Assembly (NCBI GenBank): GCA_051362555.1
Contig: CM120640.1
Span: forward strand, 65,388,788 to 65,452,787
Direction: 5' to 3'
DNA length: 64,000 nucleotides
DNA from: Lingula anatina
Taxonomy: Eukaryota; Animalia; Brachiopoda
Of the stretch, positions 26,033 through 39,725 are shown piece after piece. Both the position numbers and the translations under genes were made by a program. The notes below the pieces were generated by a model that did not search any database, was not told where the DNA came from, and saw only the letters and a list, made by a program, of their open reading frames with translations. Position 1 is the first letter of the stretch; the number at the start of each line of letters is the position of its first letter.

Positions 26033-27183
26033 TCATGATTCTAAAGCTCCTGAAATATATCAAGTAGGGATAATTTTCATTATTCAGATGAACACTGAAC
26101 TGAAATGAGACTTCAGTTTAATGCGGTAATCAAATATTTCTAGTATCAAGGTAGTTTAAAACTGTTTCATGTGGTTTTAAGACTCGATAGCATTCAAAGT
26201 ACAAGCAGTTTGTCACTTTCATCACCAGAAATAATTTTTGCTATCATTCCCCATAAGTTTTCTGTTCACCATAACTTGAAAATGATACTAACCTTCTAGA
26301 AAAGCTAGTCCATCAACACTGTCTATTGCTTGTTCTGTAAATAAATAAACAATGTTATTCAGTATGCTGGAAAATTTAAATCTGTGCAAACATCTGTTTA
26401 ACCATATGATTTAAATAACATATTACTAAAATACATTTAAGAAAAGAGGCCATACCCAAATCTTTCTTCTGTACAGTTTTCCTTTTGCCTTGTGCTGTAT
26501 ATAGGTATGCTTCTTTGGCAAGATTTCCCACAAATAATTCCTGAAAAATCACCTAAGTTTAATAAATTATTCCAAATTTTACAAAGCAGTATAAATGAAA
26601 ACGAATGGCTTCTGCAGAAGAACCGTCTATAATTATAAAAAAATTAAACAAAGATAAGATGTCCATAGTTCTCAAATAAAGTCCAAAACAATCTGTTTCG
26701 ATCCAGCATGAAGTCATAGTAATAGTAAAAAAAAACAACTAATTATAGTTATGAACTTATGGTACATGTATAAGATGCTCTACTAGTAAACACATTGAAA
26801 ATATTTTGGTCTTTTCACATTAAGCGCTGTATCTTACCGTTACCACTCCAATATGTTTTGCGTGATTGACAATAGCCTGACTATGGCAATAGAAAGTCAG
26901 TTAAAAGAATAATCTTATTACTGTCTACTTTTACTATTTCCATTACATTTGTCAATGTGTTCCATTAGAATTGTCAAATGTGTGTACCCACCGTTGCTTT
27001 GGCTATCGCAACCACCGCCTCTTGACTGGCAAGGGTAACATCTGGATCCCATTTCATTAAACTTTTTATTCTAGCCATAGGGATTTTTACAACACGCCCT
27101 GACCTATCAGCATTTTGTTCTTGCTGGCTGTCCTTGTCAACTGTGTTTTCTAAAATTTCCGAGTCCTCTTCACTTCCCGCCAT
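26033..27183 (-). CDS. POLE4: DNA polymerase epsilon subunit 4 (H2A-like histone fold, 111 aa)
   Basis: Exons 27183-26992, 26540-26456, 26334-26293 and 26049-26033 give ..KIPMARIKSLMKWDPDVTLASQEAVVAIAKAT|ELFVGNLAKEAYLYTAQGKRKTVQKKDL|EQAIDSVDGLAFLE|GALES*, a typical POLE4/Dpb3 histone fold. Confidence 0.95.
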
Positions 27184-27470
27184 TGTTGACAGTACGCACC
27201 TGTTGAGCTAGTTTCAAATAATATATTAGTTTCGTATAATATTTAATTTGATTGTTTGTGGTTATATCCCCTTGAGTATCTTAACTTGCTAGAATACTTG
27301 TCGATAGTTTTATGTTTTATCGCTTTTAAATTGATATTGTTATGGATCCCTAATATGTAAACTAAAGCACGTCCAACTAGTAGCTTCATATAATGAATGT
27401 TTCATGATGGCGGGCAGTGTAAACAAATAAAACATCGACAGCTGATAGTGCAAGCGTTCAGGCTGAAAGG
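27184..27470. promoter_or_regulatory. Putative bidirectional promoter POLE4/CCDC17, including the CCDC17 non-coding first exon
   Basis: POLE4 ATG at 27183 (-). On +, forkhead-like TGTAAACAAATAAAACA at ~27418-27433 and a strong donor AGG|GTAAGT at 27470/27471. Acceptor TTTCAG at ~28297 just before the CCDC17 ATG. Confidence 0.5.
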
Positions 27471-28304
27471 GTAAGTATGGCTATTTTTCGTATTGTTGAA
27501 GAAGTGAAGAAACAAATTGAAAATGTAAAGATTATTATTGCCTGTCTCGTTTCTTTGCCTCTCTCAATCCCAGTTTAAGGTCTTACGTCGAAACACTTTG
27601 GCACGCAGAACTGAAGTCAAGTCTGAGGAAACCTGTGGCTGGTCATTACGTGAATGCCGACTGTCTGCAGATAAAAAAACTTACAAAAAACCTTTGGAAG
27701 GAATAGGAAAACATGAAGTTTTCTTTTTGCTAACAGAGATCTTTGGCTTTCTAAGCCTCTGTTTAATATAAGTAATAAGTTAAATCTTTTGATATTGTTG
27801 AATGGTGAGTTTTGAAAAATATCTTTTATGTGAATTGAGAATAAAAACTTTTGTCGTCATTGAAAATCTAAAATACATTAAGCACTTACATACCATGTAG
27901 GGGAAATATATATTTATCAAATTATAAAAGAATAAATAAAACCCTTTAACAAAATATTAAATTTGTATTCTTATTGTTTCTATCGCAGTTTGGGTTGGAT
28001 TAAATATTTGATAACAAAAATATTGAATTTGTATTCTGATTTTTTTTTTTTTTTTTTTTTGCAATTTGGGATAGATTAAATATTTGACATGTCATTGTAA
28101 TTTCCATTCTGATAAGCTGATTTACAAGATTGCTAAGAATTTCATGTCATGTCTTTCATAAATCCCCATCAAACACATTGTATTGCAGACTACTAATGAT
28201 TTTATATGCAAGATGCATCAGTAGCTTATTAAGATATCAAGGGTGTCTAGTCACAAAAGGTAGAAGGTATATTTGAAGCCTGTCATAAACATTTCAGCTG
28301 CAAC

Positions 28305-31300
28305 ATGGCAAGTGAACCAGTGTTACGATGTAGTGAATGTAACATGATGTTCAAGTCTCGAACTCTCCTGGCCAAACATCGCAGTAAATTCTGTGTTGGT
28401 GGAGTGATAGGAGATCCTCGGCAACTGATGAGAATGAGAACTGCTGAGGAAGAAAAGAGACCAAAACAACATGTGGAAGAACGAGTAAGTACTCATATTT
28501 ATAATTTAACTGTTTTGTTGTCTTAGTGCATGTAGCATGCCTTAAATTTGTGCTATTTTAGCCAAAGAAAATGAAGGATATAAATAATTCATCTTTTTGA
28601 TTTGAATTCATACTGGCATGAACAGGGAGTGTGCAAGTCTTGTAGGTGGCCCACTTGTCCACCGCTAGAGTCTGAGGTGACATTTTTATGCAGTATACAT
28701 TCAGATGTAAATAACATCCTAGTTGAGTATAGATTGTTATGTGGACTTTTCTCAAATTAATGGACAAAATTGATGTTTACATTGATATAGTTTGGTGATA
28801 AGGTACCCATGCTGTCAGCAAAGACTGTGAATGTTGCCTTTTTCCAGATAGAAGTAAGATAAAATGTCACTTAAGATTAAAGGTTAAAGATTGGTTTGTA
28901 GTCTGTTAGCCTTGATAAACAAGTTAAACTGACTATCAATGATCCCTGGTCATTATGGATTTGTTGGGTCCTGAATTCTTCCCTGAAGAGCGGTCCTGAA
29001 TTCTTCCCTGAAGAGCGGAGACTGAGCTGTAGCACCTGTGACACATATCATTATCATTGATAACCAGGTCTGACATAATCAGGTTTTAACCCCCTGGTTC
29101 ACCCTTTATGTTAATATGCTGAGTGCTTTTTGTAGAGACACTAGGAGCCGATTTTATGATAGGATCTTGGTTTGAACAGATAAAAGCACACAACCTTGCA
29201 TACAAGAGACAAGCACTCTTTCGGTTTGATAGTATTTTCATTATGCCATGTAGATTGAAAATAAATTTTTTAATAGTTAAAACAAATTTCTTATAAACAT
29301 TTGGTATAGCTATTTTGATATTTCAAAAGTTGATATAGTTGATACATGCATGTGTTGCTTGCATTCCAGGCATTTAGATATGTAAACTGAAGGCAGTTTG
29401 CTGATATGGTTTTTATATCTATTAAAATCTTCCACAGTGAATTGTGCCCAGTGTTAGTGAAATGTCAAGCAATGGTCACAATCTCTGAACACAAGATAAG
29501 ACATGGATTTGCTTTTATTGATTGCTTTTAATTCGCATGTTTGCCAACAAAGCTTACCTTAAATTATTGGTTACATTGTTACCATGGTTACAATCAGTTG
29601 TTTATAGCAACAGCTCTGGGTGTTCAACTGAATTGCTTGCAAGATTGTTGAAAATATTAAATGAGTCATATTTTGAAAAACTACTTATAATTTTTTCATG
29701 AAAAGGATGGAATATGTTAGTAGTTGTTTTTTTTTTGTCTCTATAGTTATACTCTTCTACTATCAAATCTGTTTTAATTGTATTAATTTTTTTTCAAGTG
29801 ACACTTTCATGCACACTTTCATATGAACAAAGAATGTGCAATAAGCATTATACCTGTATATGTACACAGAATTTAGTTAATCAGCAATCGCATGCACTTT
29901 CAGATTGAATGAAAAAAAGGAAATAAATAAAAAGAAATTTGAAATGAAGATTTTAAAAATGAAACATTAAAAAAATTATGATAGGATGTTGACATAGTTA
30001 AATATAGCCATGATACATATAAATCAACACCTCAAACATAGACAAACATATGTCAGCCAAGAAAAAGAAATATATATGTTTTATTTCATACAAAGTAAAT
30101 GCAGTATATAGTCTTTAGTATTTTTGATCAAAGCACCTTATGAGTATGTCTGTTTCATCAGTCATCGTTTCAAAAATTCCCACATCATATTTATGAAGAA
30201 CATCTCTATATTTTTTCTGATTTGTTTTAGCCCCAGTCAGATGGATTTTTAAGTAGTCAAAAGGTAAGTTAACCTAGCAATACATAGCCCGCACCCACTT
30301 TAATTTACTCTTTTGTTTGGTGTTTCTTAACTTAATGACCCAAGTAAGATGTGTCTATAACTGATCTAATGCCTGCTTAACCTAGCTGTTGACATACTGA
30401 TCTAGTTATTTACATTAACTTATCTGGCGGATTTTCAAATGCATAGTTGAATATAATTACGCAAAATATCTAAAAATAGATGATAAATGGTTGAATCTAA
30501 AAATCAATTTTGAAAAAGATTAATGTTTGATCTAGTCTTTGTGTGTCAAGTTAACACTGCACTGAGGAATCTTATCTGCTTTATGTTTCTAACACACCTT
30601 TTGCTTGCTCATTGTGTCTTCCAGTGTTGATGTTTGTATACTGACTCTTGTGATCTGTGCTGACATTAGTGTGTGCCTGTCAGTGAGCATGCTTTCTAAT
30701 TGCTTTTATATTGAATTGAGTTAATTTATTATTGTAGTTCATATTAACATTGAGTTGATAATGTGTCTGCATAGTTTAACAAGTTATATGTGAAATAAAG
30801 TGTTTTTTTTTTCAATTAACATTAAAAAAACGTAATATTTATAATTGTGATATAAGTAGAAGTGAAATAGTCAGAGCATGTTCCATTATCCTCCATTTAG
30901 TTAAAGTTAAATGAAAGCTCTGTAAAATGATATCTTTGGGTATTTATTTTATCCGTAATATTTTTCTGTTTGGGTATTAACATCTTATTCTTTACCGCAC
31001 ATCAAAGAAGGATTATTTTAGAATTGCAGTTTTACAGCTTATTTAAGGCCTCATTCCCATCCCCATCTCATCTACGTAGATCGATCCAACTCTGCAAGGA
31101 ATATCACTGAGTGCAATCAGCTTAACTGATTGACACGCCTCCTCATTGCACTGAGTAGAATACAGAAAAGCTGGTGATTATATAGAGTACTTTGGAAACA
31201 AGAGGAGGCCTGTCACTGATAAATTTAACTACATTCAGCAAGAGTCCTCCAGGAGTTGTGTAGATCTAGACTTACACTGATGGTGCTAATGGGAATGGGG

Positions 31301-32851
31301 TCTAAAATTCACTTCATAGCATATATACTGTATTTAAGTCTTGCTTATGTTGCTTTGAGAAGACATTTAAAAAGATTTTCCAATGTTTAAAGCTAAAAAG
31401 TGTGGGAGCTTTAAAATTTTTGTGTTCCTAGAATAAAAGCATGAAATGTTTTATAATTGGTTTCTGTAACAGATATATGTAAAGTCAGTGATATTAACAT
31501 ATGTCAGACATTTGTAAACAAAGGTACAAGAGCTGCAGGATCTTAAGAACAGACGGTCCAGGTTGCGTGCCTCTCAGTATCTGGAAGAAAAGATGCTGCT
31601 AGGAGACCTAGAGTATCTAGAAAGACATCAGCTGTCTCCAAAACTATCTCAGTTACAACCTTCCACAGAGCTCAGGGATCTGCAGAGGGAGGTAGGAAAG
31701 TATAAAATATTGTTTTAAAAAATTTCAGGAAAAAATCATTTTCCAAACGATTTCAGAAAAGGCCTATTTATGTGAAGAGTTACACCTTACTGTAAGCATT
31801 TAGCTTTGAGAGGTCCTACCATGTAATTACTTTCACAGCTTTGTTTCCTACTGTATGGATTGAAGTTCTACCATGCATTGCTTTAATAAAGTAAAAATAT
31901 GGTAGACAATGAACAGTTTGTTATTGAGTGGAAACTGCTGTAGTATTCAATGCTGTGCTGTGTTTCTTACTTAATTTGTTGTGCTATTAAGGTGTTAAGC
32001 TCTCAAAACAGAAAAGTATAGACAGAATGTATGAGATACAATGCTCGATGAAAAAAGACCTGAATTTGAGTTGTATTTTTATTGACTAATGATCTGTAGT
32101 TGGAAAATTTTTTGAGAGTTTACTTTTGTTCTTTTCAGTATGCAGTGTTGAGGGAGAAAGAAAACAAATTAAAAGAAGACATTAATCAGCTTGAGGTGGG
32201 ATTAAATCATTTCCCTATAAATCAAAGTTCATCTTTCACGCCTTCCAACTATGCACTGCATGATGTAAGTTGTACTCTGCTGACACCTGGTGGCTTACTA
32301 ACAAATCACTTCTGCAGTAGAGGATATGTTCTTGCTTCTTTATAAAACTGTTCTTGTAATGCACCAGTTTGCATTATCTGTGTGAATATCAGGGACCGTT
32401 CATATGAAAAATCTATTTTCTAAAAATCTATTTTCTATTCACGGTATCTTGTGATCATGGTCTGTGTCCTGAATACCCCGCGGCGTAATTACTGGCAGCG
32501 CGACCCAGTTACTTCCAAAGTTGTAATTAATTCTCAGCTGCACTCGGAGTGATCACATGATACCACGAATATAATATAGATTTTTAGAAAATAGATTTTT
32601 CATATGAACGGTCCCTTAGTCACTAAGTACAAAGCACTTATATGTCTGACATAATACCAGGACTGGTCACTAGTATATTGGTGTTAAGATAATTTTCTGT
32701 TTAGTGTGCATGTAGCATTAACTGTTAGATAGTTAATTAACATCATCATTTAAACTTTTTTGAACCACTTGTTGTTATTTATCTTTGATATTTGCATTGT
32801 GGGATGACTTTTTTTTTGTGTGTGTATGTGTAAGCAGTTGTGTGTGCATGG

Positions 32852-32937
<86 letters not shown>

Positions 32938-35900
32938 CATCTATTCTAGAGTTACATAATTATTCTTTTAAGATATTAAAATATCTCTGGTAATTCACTC
33001 TAGGAGAATTTTCCACATTTCTACTTGTATAGTATGATTGTCCTAAATTTCTGTGTTTAATTATGGTCAAGATCACTGTGATAATTTTGTGATATACCGT
33101 ATGTTATGTTTGCATATTGTAAGAAATATTGAATCTATGTATGTGCAGAAATGTCAAATGAGAATGGGTTTTCAAATATGTGTTTTAAAGCATGCTCACT
33201 GAACTGTGGTATTACTCAATTGTGAAACAGTAAGAAAATAATGTTGGATTCTTTATTTGAAGTTTTGTTTTGAAATCATGTTTCAAATTCAAAATTCATT
33301 ACCTTTTGCTACTATGGTGAAGCCTTTATTTAGTGTTTTACCCAGTTTGAAATAAGTTGGATATATCTGTAGAGCCCTAGGAACCACTTGCGTGATGCCC
33401 ATCAGCGCCAGATACGTCTACTGGCAGAAGATCATGGGAAACAACTGGCAGACATTAAAGCAAGGAACAGTGACTTAGAGAGACAGAAAGAAGGTAAGGA
33501 GTTTATGCTGTCCTAGAGAGGCAGAAATTTTTTTTTGAAAATTTACACTGAACTTGATTCAAAAGGAAAAAAAAGAAAAGTAAGGATTCAAACACATTTA
33601 TTACCTGTTTTAGTGTGTGTACGTAATACTATGTATTTGTCAATACAATACATGACTTCTTTCAGACATCAGGCGAAGGTTGGAAGAATTGGGCAGGAAG
33701 AATAACATCCGACCTCAGGCTCCTCAAGTTGACATGACACAGAAATTGATAAGTGAACTGAAAGCTCAAGAAGACAAAAATCAGAAAACTCTCCAGGAAC
33801 TAAAAAGACAGCTCAGTGAAATACATAAATCTGGGTATGTATTATGTATGGGTTTGATTTATTTTTATCATTGATTAAAAAAAACTTGGATGATCTGTCA
33901 CTAGCTTTAACCCTTTCATTCCAGAAAAGAAATTATTTGAGATGTTGTTTGTAAAATGTGCTTAATGTGGCTAATTAGATCCTCTCTCATAATGCTTTTG
34001 TAGATCTTGTGTTTAATGAACACAGCTTTTCTTTTCTTGTGCACCCCTATGTCAGTACATGGATCCCAGTCCAAAATATGCTTGTATGATGTCAAACAGG
34101 AAGCAAGCTTCCACTGCATTTATCAGTCAACCTTCATGCAGCTAGTGTGTTCTTGCTTTTCTTTCCCCCAAAGTAGTGAAATTGTAGAAAACGAGGAGGC
34201 AGATCCTGTATTCTACAGTAAGAGCTTAGTGCCACAGGGAGCTTTATCTTTATATCACCTGGATCCAGATTCCAAGCAGAAGTTTCTGGAGTCCCAGCAA
34301 CAGTCCCAACATTATCTTCAACAGCTCCAAGTAAATTACCAACCTGAGGAACAACAAGAGAACTCTTTATTTCAACGGTATTATCCTGTACATGGTGGTG
34401 CTAATGGCCATGGTGCCACACAAATGGCGCCACCAGTCACAGTGGAAAGACAGGCTGGTGTCAATGCTAGCAGATCTCAGGTGCCCAGCATGCTGAGGCT
34501 GTGGCTAGAATCCATTGAGAACAGGTTACAGACAGAGAGAGAAAACACAAAGGCCATGGCATGGTACACTGGGCATACATTCTCAGCTTCTTGCTTTCAC
34601 TGACAACCTGCTGTTTGCATTTTGTGGTTGTGCATGATTTTGTCTTGTTTGTTGTTTGTCTGTCAGAATCAATAAGTTCCCCCCTATCATGTTATTTGCT
34701 TTTTGCTTGATTGCATTGTTTGATTTTAGATTTTATATTTTGATTCCTGTTCAGCATTCCAAGTGTTCTGTTTCCTACCTGCTAATGCCAGCCTTGTGAC
34801 AGCATGTCTTATTGTTGTCTTATAATAATTATAGTCTTATAATGGTTTAATGCAATTACCTTTCATAAAAAATATATTTAGTTCTTTGCAAATAATTTTC
34901 AAGTTTTGGTATGTATATTGTATACAAATCTTTCACAGTGATGATCTTTAGTGGTGCCATTTTTTAGATTTCTTTGCTTAATACATATATCTTAAAGTGT
35001 GACATATTTTTCATATCCTGCCCTCATTCTAAATGTGTTCCACCTGCTGTAGGTACAGTCCCCGGGGCCAAGGTAACAAGTTCCAACCTGTCAACATTCC
35101 TTATTATGGAAATTCTTTGATGGCAGAAATTGGGTACGTGAGAGTGGGTAAAGTATCCAAATTCCCTGTTGCTGTCATGATAATATACAGGGCATTAACC
35201 AATGTTAATTCCCTTGTTTTTTATTGTTACTTACTGTCAACTGTAATTCGTTGAAATTTGATGTTTTTTCTTATTCAAAATTATGCAGAGTCATATTTAA
35301 TTTTGTAAAATATTTTTAAGAACAATATTTGATACATAACAGGCCTGTAGAGTTCATTATCATAGTAAACAGTGTCTGTTTTGCAGAGCTATGCGGCAGG
35401 CCTACTTGCAGAGTGGTGGCAATGACCCAGCAGTTCTGGCTCAGATGGCTGACATGCAGGCAGAGGCTCAGGCTCTGGAGGAACAGCACTCCCGCAGCAG
35501 AGAAGCCAGTAAACCAAAGACCAAACCAAGTGAGTTTTATTTTGTTCATTAGCTGCTGCTGTTTCTGCAACTACTACTAGTAATTATACACATGTAGATC
35601 TAACCTGACTAATGGTTGCATTTTTGCCTGTTTTGTAATTTTGTTGCGTGCCATAGCATTTATGATTTTTTTTTTATGATGTACCTCATCATGGATATTA
35701 CTGCACTGCATTGGCAGCAGAATAGTCATGGTGTGACAACTCAACAATTAGATATAAAACTGCATGCTCAGAATATAAAACAGTAATGGCATCATATGTG
35801 TTCACTAAATTCCAGTTTTACTGCATGGTAAATGTTAGAATTGTCATTATGTGGAAGTGGTTTGTGGTCCAGTAGAATAACTGCATGTTTGTTGTAGAAA

Positions 35901-38900
35901 AAGACAATGATAGCCTAACAGAGCAACTGCTGGCTTTTGACCTTGAAAATCAGCGACTCCAGCGTGAACTCCTGTTGCTACAGCAACAAAACTTGGCCAG
36001 CCAGAGAAGAAAGAGGCACAGTGATGATGAAGGTGAAATACTGGCAACTATTTTTGTTTTACATATTTAACAGCATGTGCACAAGACCTTATATGTCTGG
36101 AAGAACTAAACACCCTAGTCATAAATGCACTTTCAACTTTCTAAGATTTGGTTGTCAAATCAAAAATCAAATAGTTTTGTTACTTTCCTTTGTTATTTTG
36201 TTTTGTATGTTAAGTGACAGATTTATTAATTTTACATTGCTCTTAAACCGTGATAACATAAACAAGAATAACAAGTGTTTCCAAAAATAATTTGACCATA
36301 GGTTATCCTAAATAAGCAAGAACAAATAAACTAATGAATTTCCCCCCAATTTTTCTCTCAGATGAACTGGACAGGGAACTGAAACGCCTCCAGAAGGAAC
36401 ACCTCCGTAAGATGACTCAGCTGCAGCAGGAGATGGAGCTGTACAAGCACCAGGCTCTATTGGACAGGATGAAAAAGGAGATCAGCCCAGACTACCCCAG
36501 TAGACAGCCACCTACCCCTAGCAGAAACCCTCCCAGTCCTAGGAGGCAGCCCACACCTCTCCACACCTACCAACCTCAGCCAGTATACCCCAAGTATGAG
36601 ATGCCTCCAGCCAAGGCAAGTTGAAGTGAATTTGTTGACATCGGTTTTCCTATGTTTTCCCAGTTGTGTTAACATCTACCAGCACATACCAGTAATGTCA
36701 GCAAAGCTGTGTTGTTTGTATTTTTGATTTCAGAAATATTTTGGTTCAAATTATTTTATGTCATCAATTGAAAGACAAATTTGCAAAAAGGGTCTGCTTT
36801 TTATTTACTAATGCTTTTATCAAATATTTATGTATGTGTGAACTGATTGCCTTTATTGTCACCTAATTTGGTTAAATTATTTCATGTTTAAAGAGAGAAA
36901 AGAAAAAATATTTCTTTCATTTGTCAAGTTGCATTCAATCCATGATAACATTTAAGCATTTGACATTTAGAAAAATTTGACTTGTTGTTTGTCAAAAGCC
37001 CCACATGAAACTATTCAAGGAGGAACCAGTGTTGTTCTGGCTTATTTCTGATGAAGTTCCACAGTGTGTGCTTGTTGAAATGTCAAGCCATTTTTTGTGA
37101 CATTTGGACATTTTAATTGCTGTAATCCATGGAGACAGAAGAAGTCCTGATATGTGCAGTGAAGTTTTCCAGGAATAATACAGAATTCTGTTTTTTTTCT
37201 TTTTTTTTTTTTTTTTGAGATTTTAATTCTTAAACACATTGGATTAGTGCCCTTATTATATGAAATACAAATGCTATGGAGAAATAGTTATGAGATTAGA
37301 TAATTATATGTAGTATCCAACTTAAATAACTGTAGTCTATGGTGATCTTAGGATAGAATACAGTATCTTAGGTCCCATAAATATTTGATTTAGTCTTATG
37401 AATTCTCACAGCTTGTGTCATCTGAAGAACATTTTCTGCATTCACACGTTGCATCAAACACCTCTGCGGTAGGATCTGGGTGGTCAGGGTGACAGTGGGT
37501 CAAGGTCACAGTGCGCGGCGTCTTGGTTTTGTACGTGCACACATAATGCTCGCTAATCTTAAATGGCGTTCCTATCTCTCCATACTGAAATTGAAGATGG
37601 AAGATCTATTAACTGGGTGGAAAGCTACATCAATTGTATGTGGCCACAATTTATATGGCACATTAAGCTTTGGATTAATGGAAGGTATTTGAACATAATT
37701 GATTGTAATGGTGACTGATGACCATAGAGTGGGATAAACCTACATAGCCCAGGCTGCCAGGAGGAAAATAGCTAAAGCAATAGTGAAAGTGAATGGGATG
37801 GATTTTGGAAAATTATGGTATGGTCTGAAGCTGATACAAATTTTTAAATAGTTGAAATGCCTTTGACATTTTCTCTTCAATTAAAATTGGTTTTTGAATT
37901 CAATGATATTTGACAATTGCTATTATTTGCTGATTTAATTTCCATTAAATTACAGCATAGTTATTATTAGTACCACCAGCGTATACGCTGGCGGTACTCA
38001 TGGTTTTAGTCCCGACCCGTCTCGTACAGCTCCGCCGGCTCCGCCGGCTCCTGCGGCTCCGCCGGCTCCTGCGGCTCCGCAGTCGGGCGCCGGAAACAAG
38101 TCACCGTTACCGCTTCTCCTCCTAGACCGCCAGGACCTGTGTCCCCATCTCTTGGATTTAGGTCACATATAATCTCAACTTGAACACCCTGTTTTTTTTA
38201 TCTCTGTCGGTGCATTGGCCTGGGCGTGACACTTGTTGAAACGCACCCTTGTCAAAATTTTTGAAAATTCAAGGCTAAATATCTCCCAAACCAAAGGAAT
38301 TATGGGAAAAATTACTACAGAAGTCTGACCGAAACTCATATGTGGAGATTCCAAATATGCCCTTGGATTTGACTTTTGACCTTTTTTTCAAGGTCAAACA
38401 AGCCAAAATTGTCTAAAAAATGGGAATTTTCTGCAAAAAAATATTTGTTTGTGCTATTTTTTGGAAACTATACAGATCTAAGCTCTCCTGTTACAGTGAG
38501 GGGTTACAATTGGGGACTCCTTTCATCTTTGGGAGTTTGGGGTCAATCGGTGCATTTTCACGGGAGAAGCAGCCATTAGATCCCGAAACTGAAAACTTGT
38601 TTTTATTCTGGAATGGTAAATGCCAGAAACCTTTTGTTCATCGCATTTTGTAGAACTTGTCAAGTGCAATACTGGAGGTGGTGTCCATTTTTTTGTTTTC
38701 GATATGGTTTAGGCATTGCGCTATATCAAAAATTACAACATTGCAATATTCAGTGGGGAAAATGATAAATATTCCAAAATTAGCAGAGATATGCCCATAG
38801 TTACTATTGAACTTGAGTAAGAAGTCATATACTGGTAATCTAACTGTGACCTTGAAATTGACCTTTGACCTACATTTCATGATGAACTGCACTTTGAAGT

Positions 38901-39694
38901 TTTCTGATCTTTATATCTCCAAAACTGGCAAAGATACGCCCATAGTTACTATTGAACTTGAATAGGAAGTTATATACTGTTAATCTAACTGTGACCTTTA
39001 AATTGACATTTGACCTACTTTTCACCATGAACTGAACTTTGCAAATTTTCCAGCCCTTATATCTCCAAAACTGGCAGAGATACACCCATAGTTACTGTTA
39101 AACATGAATAGGAAGTCATATACTGGCATTCTTATTGTGACCTAGAAATTGACCTTTGACCTACTTTTCAACATGAACTGAACTTTGCAAATTTTCTATC
39201 CCTTATATCTCGAAAACTGGCAGAGATAGGTCCAAAGTTACTATTGAACTTGAATAGAAAGTCATAAACTGGCAATCTTACTGTGACCTTGAAATTGACC
39301 TTTGACCTACTATTTATGTTGAACTGCACTTTGCATGTTTCCTGGCCTTCATATCTCCAACATTGGTAAAGAAATGCCCATAGCTACTATTGAACCTTTA
39401 TAGGAAGTCATATACTGTGGCCTTGAAATTGACCTTTGACCTACCTTTTTACCACAAAGTGAACTCTGCATATTTTCGTGCCCTTCATATCTTCAAAACT
39501 AGCAGAGATCTGCTCAGTGTTGTCCCTAGGTTTTCTCTTTTGTCAGCATACCGGTATATGCAATACTGATAATGCATTTCAAGGAAAACCAATAGGCCTA
39601 TTGTCTAGAAAATCACAGGAGTGATCAGTGTTAGGAAAATATAGGTCAATTTGAACATCTCCTTGATTGGACCATTTTAACTGTTATGTTTTTT

Positions 39695-39725
<31 letters not shown>

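Noticed and set aside
28967-29020. 25-bp direct duplication GGTCCTGAATTCTTCCCTGAAGAGC x2, and a ~65-bp duplication at ~19890-20007
   Set aside because: Simple local tandem duplications in introns with no further structure.
32750-32935. Cys/Val-rich ORF, and the Ile/Tyr-rich ORF at 42295-42516
   Set aside because: Translations of (CA)n and (TA)n microsatellites.
37480-37692. Plus-strand 70-aa ORF
   Set aside because: It is the antisense shadow of GPB5 coding exon 2.
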